Assembly (NCBI GenBank): GCA_963718615.1
Contig: OY970368.1
Location: 992,001 to 1,056,000 of the forward strand
Reading direction: 5' to 3'
From: an uncultured cyanobacterium
GTDB taxonomy: Bacteria > Cyanobacteriota > Cyanobacteriia > PCC-9006 > JAAUQQ01
DNA: 64,000 bases
This document shows positions 1-9,941 of the stretch, piece by piece; the first letter of the stretch is position 1, and each line of letters begins with the position of its first letter. The notes beneath the pieces are model-generated. The model was not told the DNA's origin and did not search any database. It saw only the letters and a program-made list of their open reading frames with translations. Both the position numbers and the translations under genes were made by a program.

Positions 1-62
1 GGTTTATGCTTGGGCTCCGGGGGAGAAGCGCCTGGGAGAGATTCTTGTAGGACTTGGGTCAT
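1..62 (-). CDS. ctaD: Probable cytochrome c oxidase subunit I, N-terminus only (runs off window)
   Basis: ATG at 62 reads MTQVLQESLPGASPPEPKHK. It lies directly downstream of ctaC on the same strand; the call rests on the usual ctaCDE gene order. Confidence 0.55.
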   Translation of the reverse strand, partial: MTQVLQESLPGASPPEPKHK

Positions 63-148
63 GGGAGCATGGAATAGGCTTTTGCGAGAATAAGCTGGGA
101 TAGGACTAGCGATGGAACTAGTGACGCTGAAGTGAACGGTTTACAGCA

Positions 149-1135
149 TTAGGATCCAGAGCCATGCAGGCTGTGCATCATGGAAGGGCTCATGTCCATG
201 GCCATGGCCTCGGCAAAGGGAGCCAGAAACTCACCCTCAGGATTAGCGGCGATCGCCTCTCCCGCCAGCTCTTCACCGCCATTCAACATCGCCACCTGGC
301 TTTGCACCCAACTGTCATAGGCTTCCGGCGTTTCCACAATCACCTGGGACCGCATTGCGCCATGGTAACTGCCGCAGAGCTCCGCGCAGACAATGGGATA
401 GGTCCCCGGTTCCGTTGGCACGAAGCGCAACTCCGTTTGCCGCCCCGGAATGGCGTCCTGCTTTAGCCGAAACTGGGGTACCCAAAACGCATGGAGCACA
501 TCCTGAGCTGAAAGATTGAGCTGGACATCGCGATTAGCGGGGATGTGGAGTTCACCGCTGATAATGCCATTGGGATAATTAAAAATCCAGGCGTACTGGA
601 GTCCGGTCACATTCACCACCACATCCGCCGGTTTTTCCTCACCCCCCGGTCGAGCCCCGATCCCACCGGCGTACTGGGAATCTTGCGAGGCTGCTTGAGC
701 TTCACCACTGGAGGATTCATAGGCCATCATCTGGGCGGTAGGCGCACTGTGGGCGCTGTGTCCGCCGTGGTTCATGGGGTCGAGACCGCCCATGCGGTTG
801 TAAATGTCAAAGCTGTAAACCGAGACCCCCAAAACCAAGACAGCGGGGATCGCCGTCCAGAGAATCTCTAGGGGAATATTGCCATGGATGGGAGGGCCAT
901 CGGAGTCATCCCCAGGCCGCTGGCGAAACTTGATAGCTGCAATCACAATCAGGCCCTGAACCAACAGGAAGAGGCCCATGGCGATCGCAAACATGACATT
1001 GAACAAACTGTCAAAACCACCGGCATTTTCAGCAGCGGCGAGGGGTAGAAGATTATTATTTTGCCCAAACCAAAGGCTTAGGAGGGTAATGGCAATCCCC
1101 GCAAGCAGGGTCAGGATAGTCGTTGGAATATTCAC
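149..1135 (-). CDS. ctaC: Cytochrome c oxidase subunit II
   Basis: LEILWT transmembrane motif; CuA ligands DVLHAFW and CAELCGSYHGAM. Confidence 0.96.
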   Translation of the reverse strand: MNIPTTILTLLAGIAITLLSLWFGQNNNLLPLAAAENAGGFDSLFNVMFAIAMGLFLLVQGLIVIAAIKFRQRPGDDSDGPPIHGNIPLEILWTAIPAVLVLGVSVYSFDIYNRMGGLDPMNHGGHSAHSAPTAQMMAYESSSGEAQAASQDSQYAGGIGARPGGEEKPADVVVNVTGLQYAWIFNYPNGIISGELHIPANRDVQLNLSAQDVLHAFWVPQFRLKQDAIPGRQTELRFVPTEPGTYPIVCAELCGSYHGAMRSQVIVETPEAYDSWVQSQVAMLNGGEELAGEAIAANPEGEFLAPFAEAMAMDMSPSMMHSLHGSGS

Positions 1136-1737
1136 AGCAGGCGATCGCAGTCTCTACGAACACAATTTGGCAAAATTTGGCCAAGGATTTGGCCCATGAG
1201 CTCTGGCCCATAACTAAACAGATGGGCCAGAGGAGGCAAGCTGTCGTGACCTAGGATTGCCCCCATTTTTTTAAGGTTCGCCTCCAATAAACCGTTCCTC
1301 TCCTACCACGGTAAAACAGTCTTCCGGGTGCGTGGGTGCTAAAACCAACATCTTTAACAATTTATTTCGACGATATTGGTTTTCCAGAGATAAATTTTGA
1401 TCATCCGTCAACCTTGGGGGCATGCTATTGCCTTCTTCATCAGTTTAGGGAGTTTTGCAAATCTTAGGGGGTTCTCAAAACTTAAGAAAAATTTAACTTT
1501 TCTTTTAGCCAATCAACGTGCTGAATAACGTTCTGAATTTTGTAGTGCCCAAATTGTCGCGAAAGTCTGCAAAAAATCAAAAGAAAGCGCGATTTTTCGC
1601 CCTGCTTGAGATTCTCTCGCTACAGTAGGGGTATCCAAAAGTTAAGCGCTGAAGCGAAAACGTTCAAGATCGAGTCGCACCGTATCGCCTTTCCCATCAC
1701 AACCCGTTGTGCTTACGCTTGCAACTATTCCGTCCCC

Positions 1738-2691
1738 ATGACTGAATCTCTTTCCCCTTTTGCCTCTCGGCTTCCTTTATTCTCGATTGTTGCGAAACCC
1801 GCACCGGATCAGGTCCATTGGTTAGCGGGACGATTAGCCGTTGCTACGCTGATTTTGATGGCTATTGGCAGCGCGACCCGTGTGATGAATGCCGGACTCG
1901 CCTGTCCCGATTGGCCTCTGTGCTACGGCCAGTTCCTACCCAGCCAGCAAATGAATGTGCAGGTTTTTTTGGAGTGGTTCCACCGACTGGATGCTTCGGT
2001 GGTCGGCTTTGGCACCATTGCCCTGCTGGGTCTTGCGGTTGGGAAGCGGCGATCGCTCCCTCATTGGGTGCCCTGGGCCGCAGCCTTGGCCTTATTTCTG
2101 GTGGTCTTTCAGGGTATTTTGGGCGCGCTGACGGTGACAGAACTCCTACGGTTTGACCTGGTCACGGCCCATTTAGGCACTGCCCTTTTGTTTTTCTCGG
2201 TGCTGCTGATGCTTACCCTTGGCCTCATGCCCTACCAAGCCGTTGGCTCAGCCGGGCGGCTGCGCTGGTTAGGTTTGGTCGCGACGGTCTTGGTCTATGG
2301 TCAGAGTCTCTTGGGCGGTGTGGTGGCATCCCGCTGGGCGCTGCACCAGTGCTTTGGCGGAGGGGAACTCTGCCTGGTAATGAATAGCCACATTGCTGGG
2401 GTTTTGCCCGCCACCCTGGCGACCCTGGGCCTGGTGGTGTGGACGGGGCGATCGCCTGCCCTTTCCCGGCCCCTGCGCCAGCTTGCCCTAGGAGCCGGAT
2501 TTGCCCTGCTGGCTCAGGTTTGCCTCGGGGTTTTGGCGCTGCGGCTGCGGCTCCAGGTTGAGCCTCTGACCGTCACTCACCAACTGGTTGGAGCCGTTCT
2601 ACTGGGGCTTTTGCTGGCCTTTACGATTTTGGCTTGGCGGGATCATCTCGAAACCCCCACCATTCTGCCCACTGAATCCCCATCCCTCTAA
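1738..2691 (+). CDS. ctaA: Heme A synthase (COX15/CtaA)
   Basis: [15 protein letters not shown] and TAHL motifs; likely start is ATG 1738 inside the ORF 1606..2691. Confidence 0.93.
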   Translation: MTESLSPFASRLPLFSIVAKPAPDQVHWLAGRLAVATLILMAIGSATRVMNAGLACPDWPLCYGQFLPSQQMNVQVFLEWFHRLDASVVGFGTIALLGLAVGKRRSLPHWVPWAAALALFLVVFQGILGALTVTELLRFDLVTAHLGTALLFFSVLLMLTLGLMPYQAVGSAGRLRWLGLVATVLVYGQSLLGGVVASRWALHQCFGGGELCLVMNSHIAGVLPATLATLGLVVWTGRSPALSRPLRQLALGAGFALLAQVCLGVLALRLRLQVEPLTVTHQLVGAVLLGLLLAFTILAWRDHLETPTILPTESPSL

Positions 2692-2705
2692 TTTTTGACG
2701 GCACT

Positions 2706-3698
2706 ATGCAAGAAACGTTTAATGCAGCCCCTCGTCTCCACGCCAACGGCCTGCAAGTTCTTCAAAGCTATTACCAACTGACTAAACCGCGCATCATTCT
2801 TCTGTTGCTGATCACGACCACCGCAGGCATTTGGGTGGCTTCCCAGGGCCAAGTGGATACCACGCTGCTCTTGGTGACGCTGGTGGGAGGAGCCCTGGCC
2901 TCGGGATCGGCCAATGCGATCAACTGCTACTACGATCGCGACATTGATTTCATCATGGAACGCACCCGCTGGCGACCCATCCCCTCGGGCCGAGTGCAGC
3001 CGAGGGACGCGCTGATTTTTGCCGCTGGGTTGGCGATCGCCTCCTTTGGTTTGCTCACCCTGTTTGCCAATCTACTGGCGGCGTTCTTGGCCATGGCCGG
3101 GATCGTTTTTTACGTCTTGATCTATACCCATTGGCTCAAGCGCCACAGTGTCCAAAATATTGTCATCGGGGGAGCGGCAGGAGCCATTCCGCCGTTAGTC
3201 GGCTGGGCTGCGGTCACGGGCGACTTGAGCTGGGCTCCTTGGCTGATGTTTTTAATTATTTTCCTTTGGACTCCGCCCCATTTTTGGTCCCTGGCGCTGA
3301 TGATTCGCGATGACTATGCCTCCGTCGGTGTTCCCATGCTGCCGGTGGTTGCCGGAGAGGAAGAAACCGCTTGGCAAATCTGGGTCTATTCGATCTTGCT
3401 CGTGCCTGCCACGCTTTTGCTGGTGTATCCGGTGGGGAGCAATGGTCTGATTTATGGGGCAAGTGCTCTTCTCCTCGGGGTCCAGCTTTTGGTGAAGGCT
3501 TGGCGATTATTGCGAGACCCGAGCGATCGCGTTCTGGCTCGTGCCCTCTTCAAATACTCGATCCTTTATCTGATGCTGCTTTCCGCCGCCATGGTCGTGG
3601 ATGTCCTGCCTAACATTGCCGCCTACTCCGAGCAGCTCCTCGGCGAAGTTCAAGGGGTGTTGGCCGCCATTCCCATCAATCAATTTCTCAGCCTGTAG
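2706..3698 (+). CDS. ctaB: Protoheme IX farnesyltransferase (heme O synthase)
   Basis: LTKPRI, YYDRDID..MERT..RPIPSG and WTPPHFWSL motifs. Confidence 0.96.
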   Translation: MQETFNAAPRLHANGLQVLQSYYQLTKPRIILLLLITTTAGIWVASQGQVDTTLLLVTLVGGALASGSANAINCYYDRDIDFIMERTRWRPIPSGRVQPRDALIFAAGLAIASFGLLTLFANLLAAFLAMAGIVFYVLIYTHWLKRHSVQNIVIGGAAGAIPPLVGWAAVTGDLSWAPWLMFLIIFLWTPPHFWSLALMIRDDYASVGVPMLPVVAGEEETAWQIWVYSILLVPATLLLVYPVGSNGLIYGASALLLGVQLLVKAWRLLRDPSDRVLARALFKYSILYLMLLSAAMVVDVLPNIAAYSEQLLGEVQGVLAAIPINQFLSL

Positions 3699-3788
3699 CC
3701 TGAGCCTGTAAAAAGCTGGGGACGAATTGTGATTCGTCCCCAAGGTTCGTTTTTATTGAATTTGATTCTATTGAAGCTAATTCCAGGG

Positions 3789-4340
3789 CTAGTCTTGAAC
3801 CCAGATGAATGTGACTCGCTTGCCTGCGATCGCCTCCAAAATCTCATCGGTCAAAGGCATATCATAGGTTTTGGCCCGAACACCAAACATCTTGCCCTTC
3901 ACGAATACTAATTTACCGCCCTTCAGGTAGGACGTATCCACGGTGGTGCGGCGTAGACGCGTATCTCCATCCTCCGCCTCCAGCGCAATCAGCTCCCGCC
4001 CTGAGGCATCCACCACCCGCACTTCCTTCGCCCAGTCCAGCAGCGAGCGAAAGCCGAGCTCCACCTCCGTTGCCCCTAAATCAGCCTGGGATTCAAACTG
4101 GTATTGAATCTCGTCATAATCACTGAGCAGATCGACCTCACTCAATTTATAAGACCGATTACAACTCAGGTCGCGCCCTAGACAAACATTGGTATTGTTC
4201 AGGTCCTGAAAGGAAATGACTTGATCGGCAAAAGCCGGGGCCTGTCTAACCCCAACAACCAACGTGGATCCCGCCAGGACGCATCCTAGATAACCCAGCA
4301 GATGCAGCGGAACCAACCGAGAGAATGCGCTTCGTTTCAT
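3789..4340 (-). CDS. Hypothetical secreted protein
   Basis: Signal-peptide-like N-terminus (MKRSAFSR...APAFA); no family recognised. Confidence 0.6.
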   Translation of the reverse strand: MKRSAFSRLVPLHLLGYLGCVLAGSTLVVGVRQAPAFADQVISFQDLNNTNVCLGRDLSCNRSYKLSEVDLLSDYDEIQYQFESQADLGATEVELGFRSLLDWAKEVRVVDASGRELIALEAEDGDTRLRRTTVDTSYLKGGKLVFVKGKMFGVRAKTYDMPLTDEILEAIAGKRVTFIWVQD

Positions 4341-4480
4341 AGCTCGTCTCAAATACTTGTCTGAATTAGGAGTTCGCGGTCTGAGATCAGAATGAACTGA
4401 TTTTAGGCGGTTTGTTCCCGCTGGCAAGGCTTTCATCAAACTTAGCCCTAGGCGAACCGGGCTTGCTTCAATATAGATAG

Positions 4481-5781
<1,301 letters not shown>

Positions 5782-5938
5782 TGACTTCTCGCTGAAAAAT
5801 CTTCTGTTCTTCCTTTCTACGTTGTTTTGCCATGATTTATGCACATCCTACAGGTGGATTCTTTCTCCGCCGATTGGCTGAAATCGCAGTATGGCGTTAG
5901 AGAGATACAGTCAGAACAAGAGATCCACGCTACATTAG

Positions 5939-5969
5939 GGTCGCCAAAAGGTCGCCAAAAGGTCGCCAA
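5939..5969. repeat. Short tandem repeat GGTCGCCAAAA x~3
   Basis: Read directly in the nblA-fghA intergenic region. Confidence 0.85.
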
Positions 5970-6002
5970 GAACAGCCGATGTAATGGCTACGCAATTAAA
6001 CT

Positions 6003-6851
6003 ATGTCTAATTCCCCCACGCAACGAAGCGAAACCCGCTGCTTCGGAGGCTCCTTAGGTTTTTATCGTCATTGGTCTATGGTTTGCCAATGCGAAATGAA
6101 TTTTGCGATCTATCTACCTCCTCAAATCAAAAAAGAGCCTGCTCCTGTTTTGTACTATCTGTCGGGGCTCACCTGTACGGAGGAAAACTTTATTACAAAA
6201 GCTGGGGCACAACGCTATGCGGCGGAGCAGGGACTGATTCTCGTGGCTCCGGATACCAGTCCTCGGGGGTTGAATTTGCCGGGGGACGCGGAAGCTTGGG
6301 ATTTTGGGGTAGGAGCGGGCTTTTATGTAGATGCGACGCAAGCGCCCTGGCATGACCATTACCGGATGTACAGCTATGTGGTTGAGGAATTGCCTGGGTT
6401 GATTGGGGCACATTTTCCTGCGGATATCAGTCGCCAGGGGATTTTTGGCCATTCCATGGGAGGTCATGGGGCGTTGATTTGTGCGCTGCGCAATGGCGAT
6501 CGCTACCGTTCGGTCTCAGCCTTTTCACCGATCGCGGCTCCGATGCGATCGCCCTGGGGTCAAAAAGCCTTTACCCATTATCTGGGGCCAGACCCGACCA
6601 ACTGGAAAGGGTACGATGCCAGCGAACTGGTGGGTACGGCTAATTTTGGTGGCAGTATTTTGATTGACCAGGGAACAGCCGATGGCTTCCTGGAAACCCA
6701 GCTCATGCCCCAGGTCTTTAAGCAAGCCTGCGAAGAGGCTGGACAGTTGCTGACGCTGCGGATGCAGCCGGGTTATGACCACAGCTATTACTTCATTGCC
6801 ACGTTTATGGAAGACCATATCAAACATCACGCGACAGCTTTACTGGATTAA
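6003..6851 (+). CDS. fghA: S-formylglutathione hydrolase
   Basis: YLSGLTC, GHSMGG nucleophile motif, YDHSYYFI. Confidence 0.95.
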   Translation: MSNSPTQRSETRCFGGSLGFYRHWSMVCQCEMNFAIYLPPQIKKEPAPVLYYLSGLTCTEENFITKAGAQRYAAEQGLILVAPDTSPRGLNLPGDAEAWDFGVGAGFYVDATQAPWHDHYRMYSYVVEELPGLIGAHFPADISRQGIFGHSMGGHGALICALRNGDRYRSVSAFSPIAAPMRSPWGQKAFTHYLGPDPTNWKGYDASELVGTANFGGSILIDQGTADGFLETQLMPQVFKQACEEAGQLLTLRMQPGYDHSYYFIATFMEDHIKHHATALLD

Positions 6852-6863
6852 AACCTGTGTACT

Positions 6864-7871
6864 TCAGTCAACTCCTGAGGTCAGAATGAGATTGAAAAGA
6901 TATCCTACACTAATGATTCCTAAGGTTGTGATGCTAACAAACAAAGTCAAAAGCTGAGGACGAAGGACCCTCTTGAGAATGATCATTTGTGGCAGGGACA
7001 AGGCTGTGACAGCCATCGTAAAGGACAACACCGTGCCCAAAGGCATACCTTTATTGACTAAGGCTTCTGCAATGGGGAGGACCCCAGCCACGTTGGTGTA
7101 GAGGGGAACCCCCATCAAAACAGCAATGAGCACGGCGAAGGGATTGCTGGGGCCTGCCCATTGGCTAATTAGATCGGTGGGGGCATAACCGTGAATTCCA
7201 GCGCCGATGGCAATGCCGATAACGACATAGGGCCAAACTGAGCTGAGGATTTCAACGGATTGTGATTGAGCACTTTTCCATCGCTGTGCCCAGGTTTCTG
7301 GAGCTAAATCAGTCTCTATGTCTAAGGCTTTCATCTGATAGGTATCCCGAGCTTTTAAGATTAAGGGATCCACCCATTTCTCTAGATTTAACTGACCGAT
7401 GATAAACCCAGAAACAATGGCTAAAGTTACGCCAAAGCCGATGTAGAGAAGCGTTGCTTGGAGACCAAATAAACTCCAAAGCAGAAAGACAGCGATCGCA
7501 TCCACCATTGGTGCCGAAATCAAGTAAGAAAACGTGACACCGAGGGGAACTCCTGCCCCTAAAAATCCGATAAATAAAGGAACAGCAGAGCAGGAGCAAA
7601 AGGGGGTAAATGCGCCCAATAAACCCGCTAGAATATTGCCTGAAATTGTCAATTTTCCCGCCAGAAACTGGCGCACTTTTTCGGGGGAGAGAAAACTTTG
7701 TAGTATCCCAATGACAAAGCTAATGACGACCAGTAAGCTTAAAACCTTCGGCACATCATAAAGGAAAAAATGGAGACTGGCACCGAGTTGAGAGTCAGGA
7801 GATAGCCGAAATACGTAGCTGACAATCTGGGTGGCAAGCCAGTCGAAGGGATAAAAGAGATCAAACATCAT
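6864..7871 (-). CDS. ArsP/DUF318-family permease
   Basis: TPFCSCS motif, GVTFSYLISAP, multiple transmembrane segments. Confidence 0.88.
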   Translation of the reverse strand: MMFDLFYPFDWLATQIVSYVFRLSPDSQLGASLHFFLYDVPKVLSLLVVISFVIGILQSFLSPEKVRQFLAGKLTISGNILAGLLGAFTPFCSCSAVPLFIGFLGAGVPLGVTFSYLISAPMVDAIAVFLLWSLFGLQATLLYIGFGVTLAIVSGFIIGQLNLEKWVDPLILKARDTYQMKALDIETDLAPETWAQRWKSAQSQSVEILSSVWPYVVIGIAIGAGIHGYAPTDLISQWAGPSNPFAVLIAVLMGVPLYTNVAGVLPIAEALVNKGMPLGTVLSFTMAVTALSLPQMIILKRVLRPQLLTLFVSITTLGIISVGYLFNLILTSGVD

Positions 7872-7904
7872 GGACTCCGCAAGCGGGACTCTACAAACTA
7901 GGCA

Positions 7905-8147
7905 CTAGACTTGTAAGAGGGATTGAATCTCTGTGCTGCTCATAACCTTTCCTTTGCTGACGATTTTGCCATTGATCGCTAAGGCTGGGGTGGATAGGAT
8001 GCCACGCTGGGCAATTTCAAGGGGATCGGTAATGTGCAAGACTTCTGCGTCTAAATTGAGGTTGGCGATCGCCTCCTTCGCATTCGCTTCCAGTTGTTGA
8101 CATTTCTTGCAGCCTGTTCCTAATACTTCAAGTTTTAGCTGAATCAT
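7905..8147 (-). CDS. Small redox-active disulfide protein (thioredoxin family, MTH895/ArsE-like)
   Basis: GTGCKKC and STPALAING motifs. Confidence 0.9.
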   Translation of the reverse strand: MIQLKLEVLGTGCKKCQQLEANAKEAIANLNLDAEVLHITDPLEIAQRGILSTPALAINGKIVSKGKVMSSTEIQSLLQV

Positions 8148-8186
8148 GGTTTAACGCCTTGGTTTAACGCTTTGGTTTAATGCCTT
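8148..8186. repeat. 13-bp tandem repeat GGTTTAACGCCTT x3 (imperfect)
   Basis: Read directly upstream of the thioredoxin-like gene. Confidence 0.8.
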
Positions 8187-8228
8187 AGATTGACTGGCGA
8201 GATTAATGAGCAAGATTGACGATTAACG

Positions 8229-8660
8229 CTAAAGCTCTTGGGGGTCTTGCTCTAGAACAATGCATTGATGCTGTGGATCGGGGTGGTCTAGATTTTGAGC
8301 ACATTGTTCAAGGAGCGGAGCCAGTTCGTTGTGGAGAGATTGCAATTGTTGGATTTGCGCTTGAATGGCTTGGGTCTTTTGCTGGAGCCGTTGATATACT
8401 GCTTGACAGGTGAGCGATCGCCCCTCCTTCAGCGCCAGAATTTCCTGGATTTCCCCCAAGCTTAGCCCCAAGGTCTTTGCCCTGGTGATAAATGCCAGCC
8501 GCTCCACATCCGCTGGACTATAGAGCCGATAACCGGATGCATTGCGTTGAGGAATTGGAATGAGGCCGATCCGCTCATAAAAATAAAGGGTCTGCGGATT
8601 AAGTCCTAATTTTTGCGCCACCTCCCCCACTTGAAACATCGATTCTGTTGCTTTACCCAC
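8229..8660 (-). CDS. Heavy-metal-responsive MerR-family regulator
   Basis: N-terminal HTH (TLYFYERIGLI..RNASGYRLY); three C-terminal Cys residues. Confidence 0.92.
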   Translation of the reverse strand: MGKATESMFQVGEVAQKLGLNPQTLYFYERIGLIPIPQRNASGYRLYSPADVERLAFITRAKTLGLSLGEIQEILALKEGRSLTCQAVYQRLQQKTQAIQAQIQQLQSLHNELAPLLEQCAQNLDHPDPQHQCIVLEQDPQEL

Positions 8661-8686
8661 TGTTCCTGCTCACTCCACTCTCATGG

Positions 8687-8719
8687 ATCCTAATCCTTAA
8701 TACCCAGGTATAAGGTCAA
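8687..8719 (-). promoter_or_regulatory. MerR-type promoter/operator upstream of the merR gene
   Basis: TTGACC-N21-TAGGAT containing the dyad CCTTATACC/GGTATTAAGG. Confidence 0.7.
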
Positions 8720-8793
8720 CGCCCATTGATGGCCACTAACCAATTCATGTTTGCACACGGACAGCCTAGACAGGCGAGACTAGATGCATCGTT

Positions 8794-9762
8794 TTAGAGC
8801 AATGAGATTCGGGTTTCATAGAAAGGCTCCACTGGACCATTCACCACCATAGCCCCTACGGGTCCTGCGGCCTGCTTAAAACGAGGGTCGAGATGGGAAT
8901 TTTCGTGGTCCCACACGGACTCCCATACCCCATGCATTAGATAAGCCCTCAAGCTTCCATCGGGAAAGGCATTGCGGAGGATTTCTGTGGTCACAGCTTT
9001 ATGGTAATGGCGATTATTGGGAGCACCGGGAAGCCCGATGCCATCCTGGGTGGTGGTGGGCTGGTAGGTTTGCTGGGCGATCGCGAGCAGTTCTGCGGTT
9101 TTAGCCTCAAAGAGGAGGAGGTCAGCATCTTGGATGAAGACATGATTTTCGACGGTCACATAGCCGCGATCGGGCAAATCTGCGGGACGGCGCAAAAATG
9201 CCAAAATCTCTTCGGGTTGGCGATAAATGGCGTTGCGATCGCCCGCCACCACCGTCTGATAAATCCCTCGATAGGATTCCATCGCCATCGGCGTTTTTTG
9301 AGGACCCTCTGGCGTCTGGCGATAGGCATAGAGGTGAGGGGCAATCACTGTGTCAAACCAGCGATCGACCTGGGCTTTTTGTAAGTGCTCATAGTCCGAA
9401 AACCGCACAAACAGCGAATAGAAATAGGGCAATGACCCATCAGCCACCGCATCCGCATAAGCCGTGGCCAACCTGCCCTTGTAGGCTTCCGGGTAGTTTT
9501 TTACCATCGTCGAGTCCCCCGTCATTTGTTTGAGCGAAAGACTGAGGAAACCAGAGGCCTTTTGTAGCGATCGCGCCTGGGTTTGAATCGCCCCCATCAA
9601 AGCCTGATTCTCCGGGACAGCCACGCGAATTTCTGCATAAAACGTTATGGCTCCCGTTGGGGCCTGAGCCACTGTCTGCGCCGCTTGGGCAGGAGATGTG
9701 ACTGCAAAACCCACAGTGGAGAGTCCAGCACCCGCACACAGAAAATGACGACGATTGAGCAT
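8794..9762 (-). CDS. Tat-exported protein, sulfur oxygenase reductase (SOR)-like fold
   Basis: NRRHFL twin-arginine signal; WxxxWDHENSH...GPVEPFYE resembles the SOR iron-site motif. Confidence 0.7.
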   Translation of the reverse strand: MLNRRHFLCAGAGLSTVGFAVTSPAQAAQTVAQAPTGAITFYAEIRVAVPENQALMGAIQTQARSLQKASGFLSLSLKQMTGDSTMVKNYPEAYKGRLATAYADAVADGSLPYFYSLFVRFSDYEHLQKAQVDRWFDTVIAPHLYAYRQTPEGPQKTPMAMESYRGIYQTVVAGDRNAIYRQPEEILAFLRRPADLPDRGYVTVENHVFIQDADLLLFEAKTAELLAIAQQTYQPTTTQDGIGLPGAPNNRHYHKAVTTEILRNAFPDGSLRAYLMHGVWESVWDHENSHLDPRFKQAAGPVGAMVVNGPVEPFYETRISLL

Positions 9763-9797
9763 AGAACAGTGGCTCCCTTAAATTCAGCATCACCGTG

Positions 9798-9829
9798 ATG
9801 CTAAACCCTATAGTGAGGTACAAGGTCAA
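9798..9829 (-). promoter_or_regulatory. MerR-type promoter/operator upstream of the Tat protein gene
   Basis: TTGACC-N20-TAGCAT with imperfect dyad ACCTTGTA/TATAGGGT; shares TTGACCTTRTACCT with the 8687-8719 site. Confidence 0.72.
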
Positions 9830-9839
9830 CCCCAAGGAC

Positions 9840-9894
9840 CTTAAAGATTTGCTAACCCAAGGTTAAAGATTTCCTTACCTGCGACCGATAGGAT
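9840..9894 (+). promoter_or_regulatory. Pho (SphR) box array and -10 element of phoX
   Basis: Four 8-mers at 11-bp period (CTTAAAGA, GCTAACCC, GTTAAAGA, CCTTACCT) followed by TAGGAT. Confidence 0.7.
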
Positions 9895-9941
9895 GACATC
9901 GTTCCTATCCCTTTGCTTCGGTTCCTCCAGCAGATCTTGCT

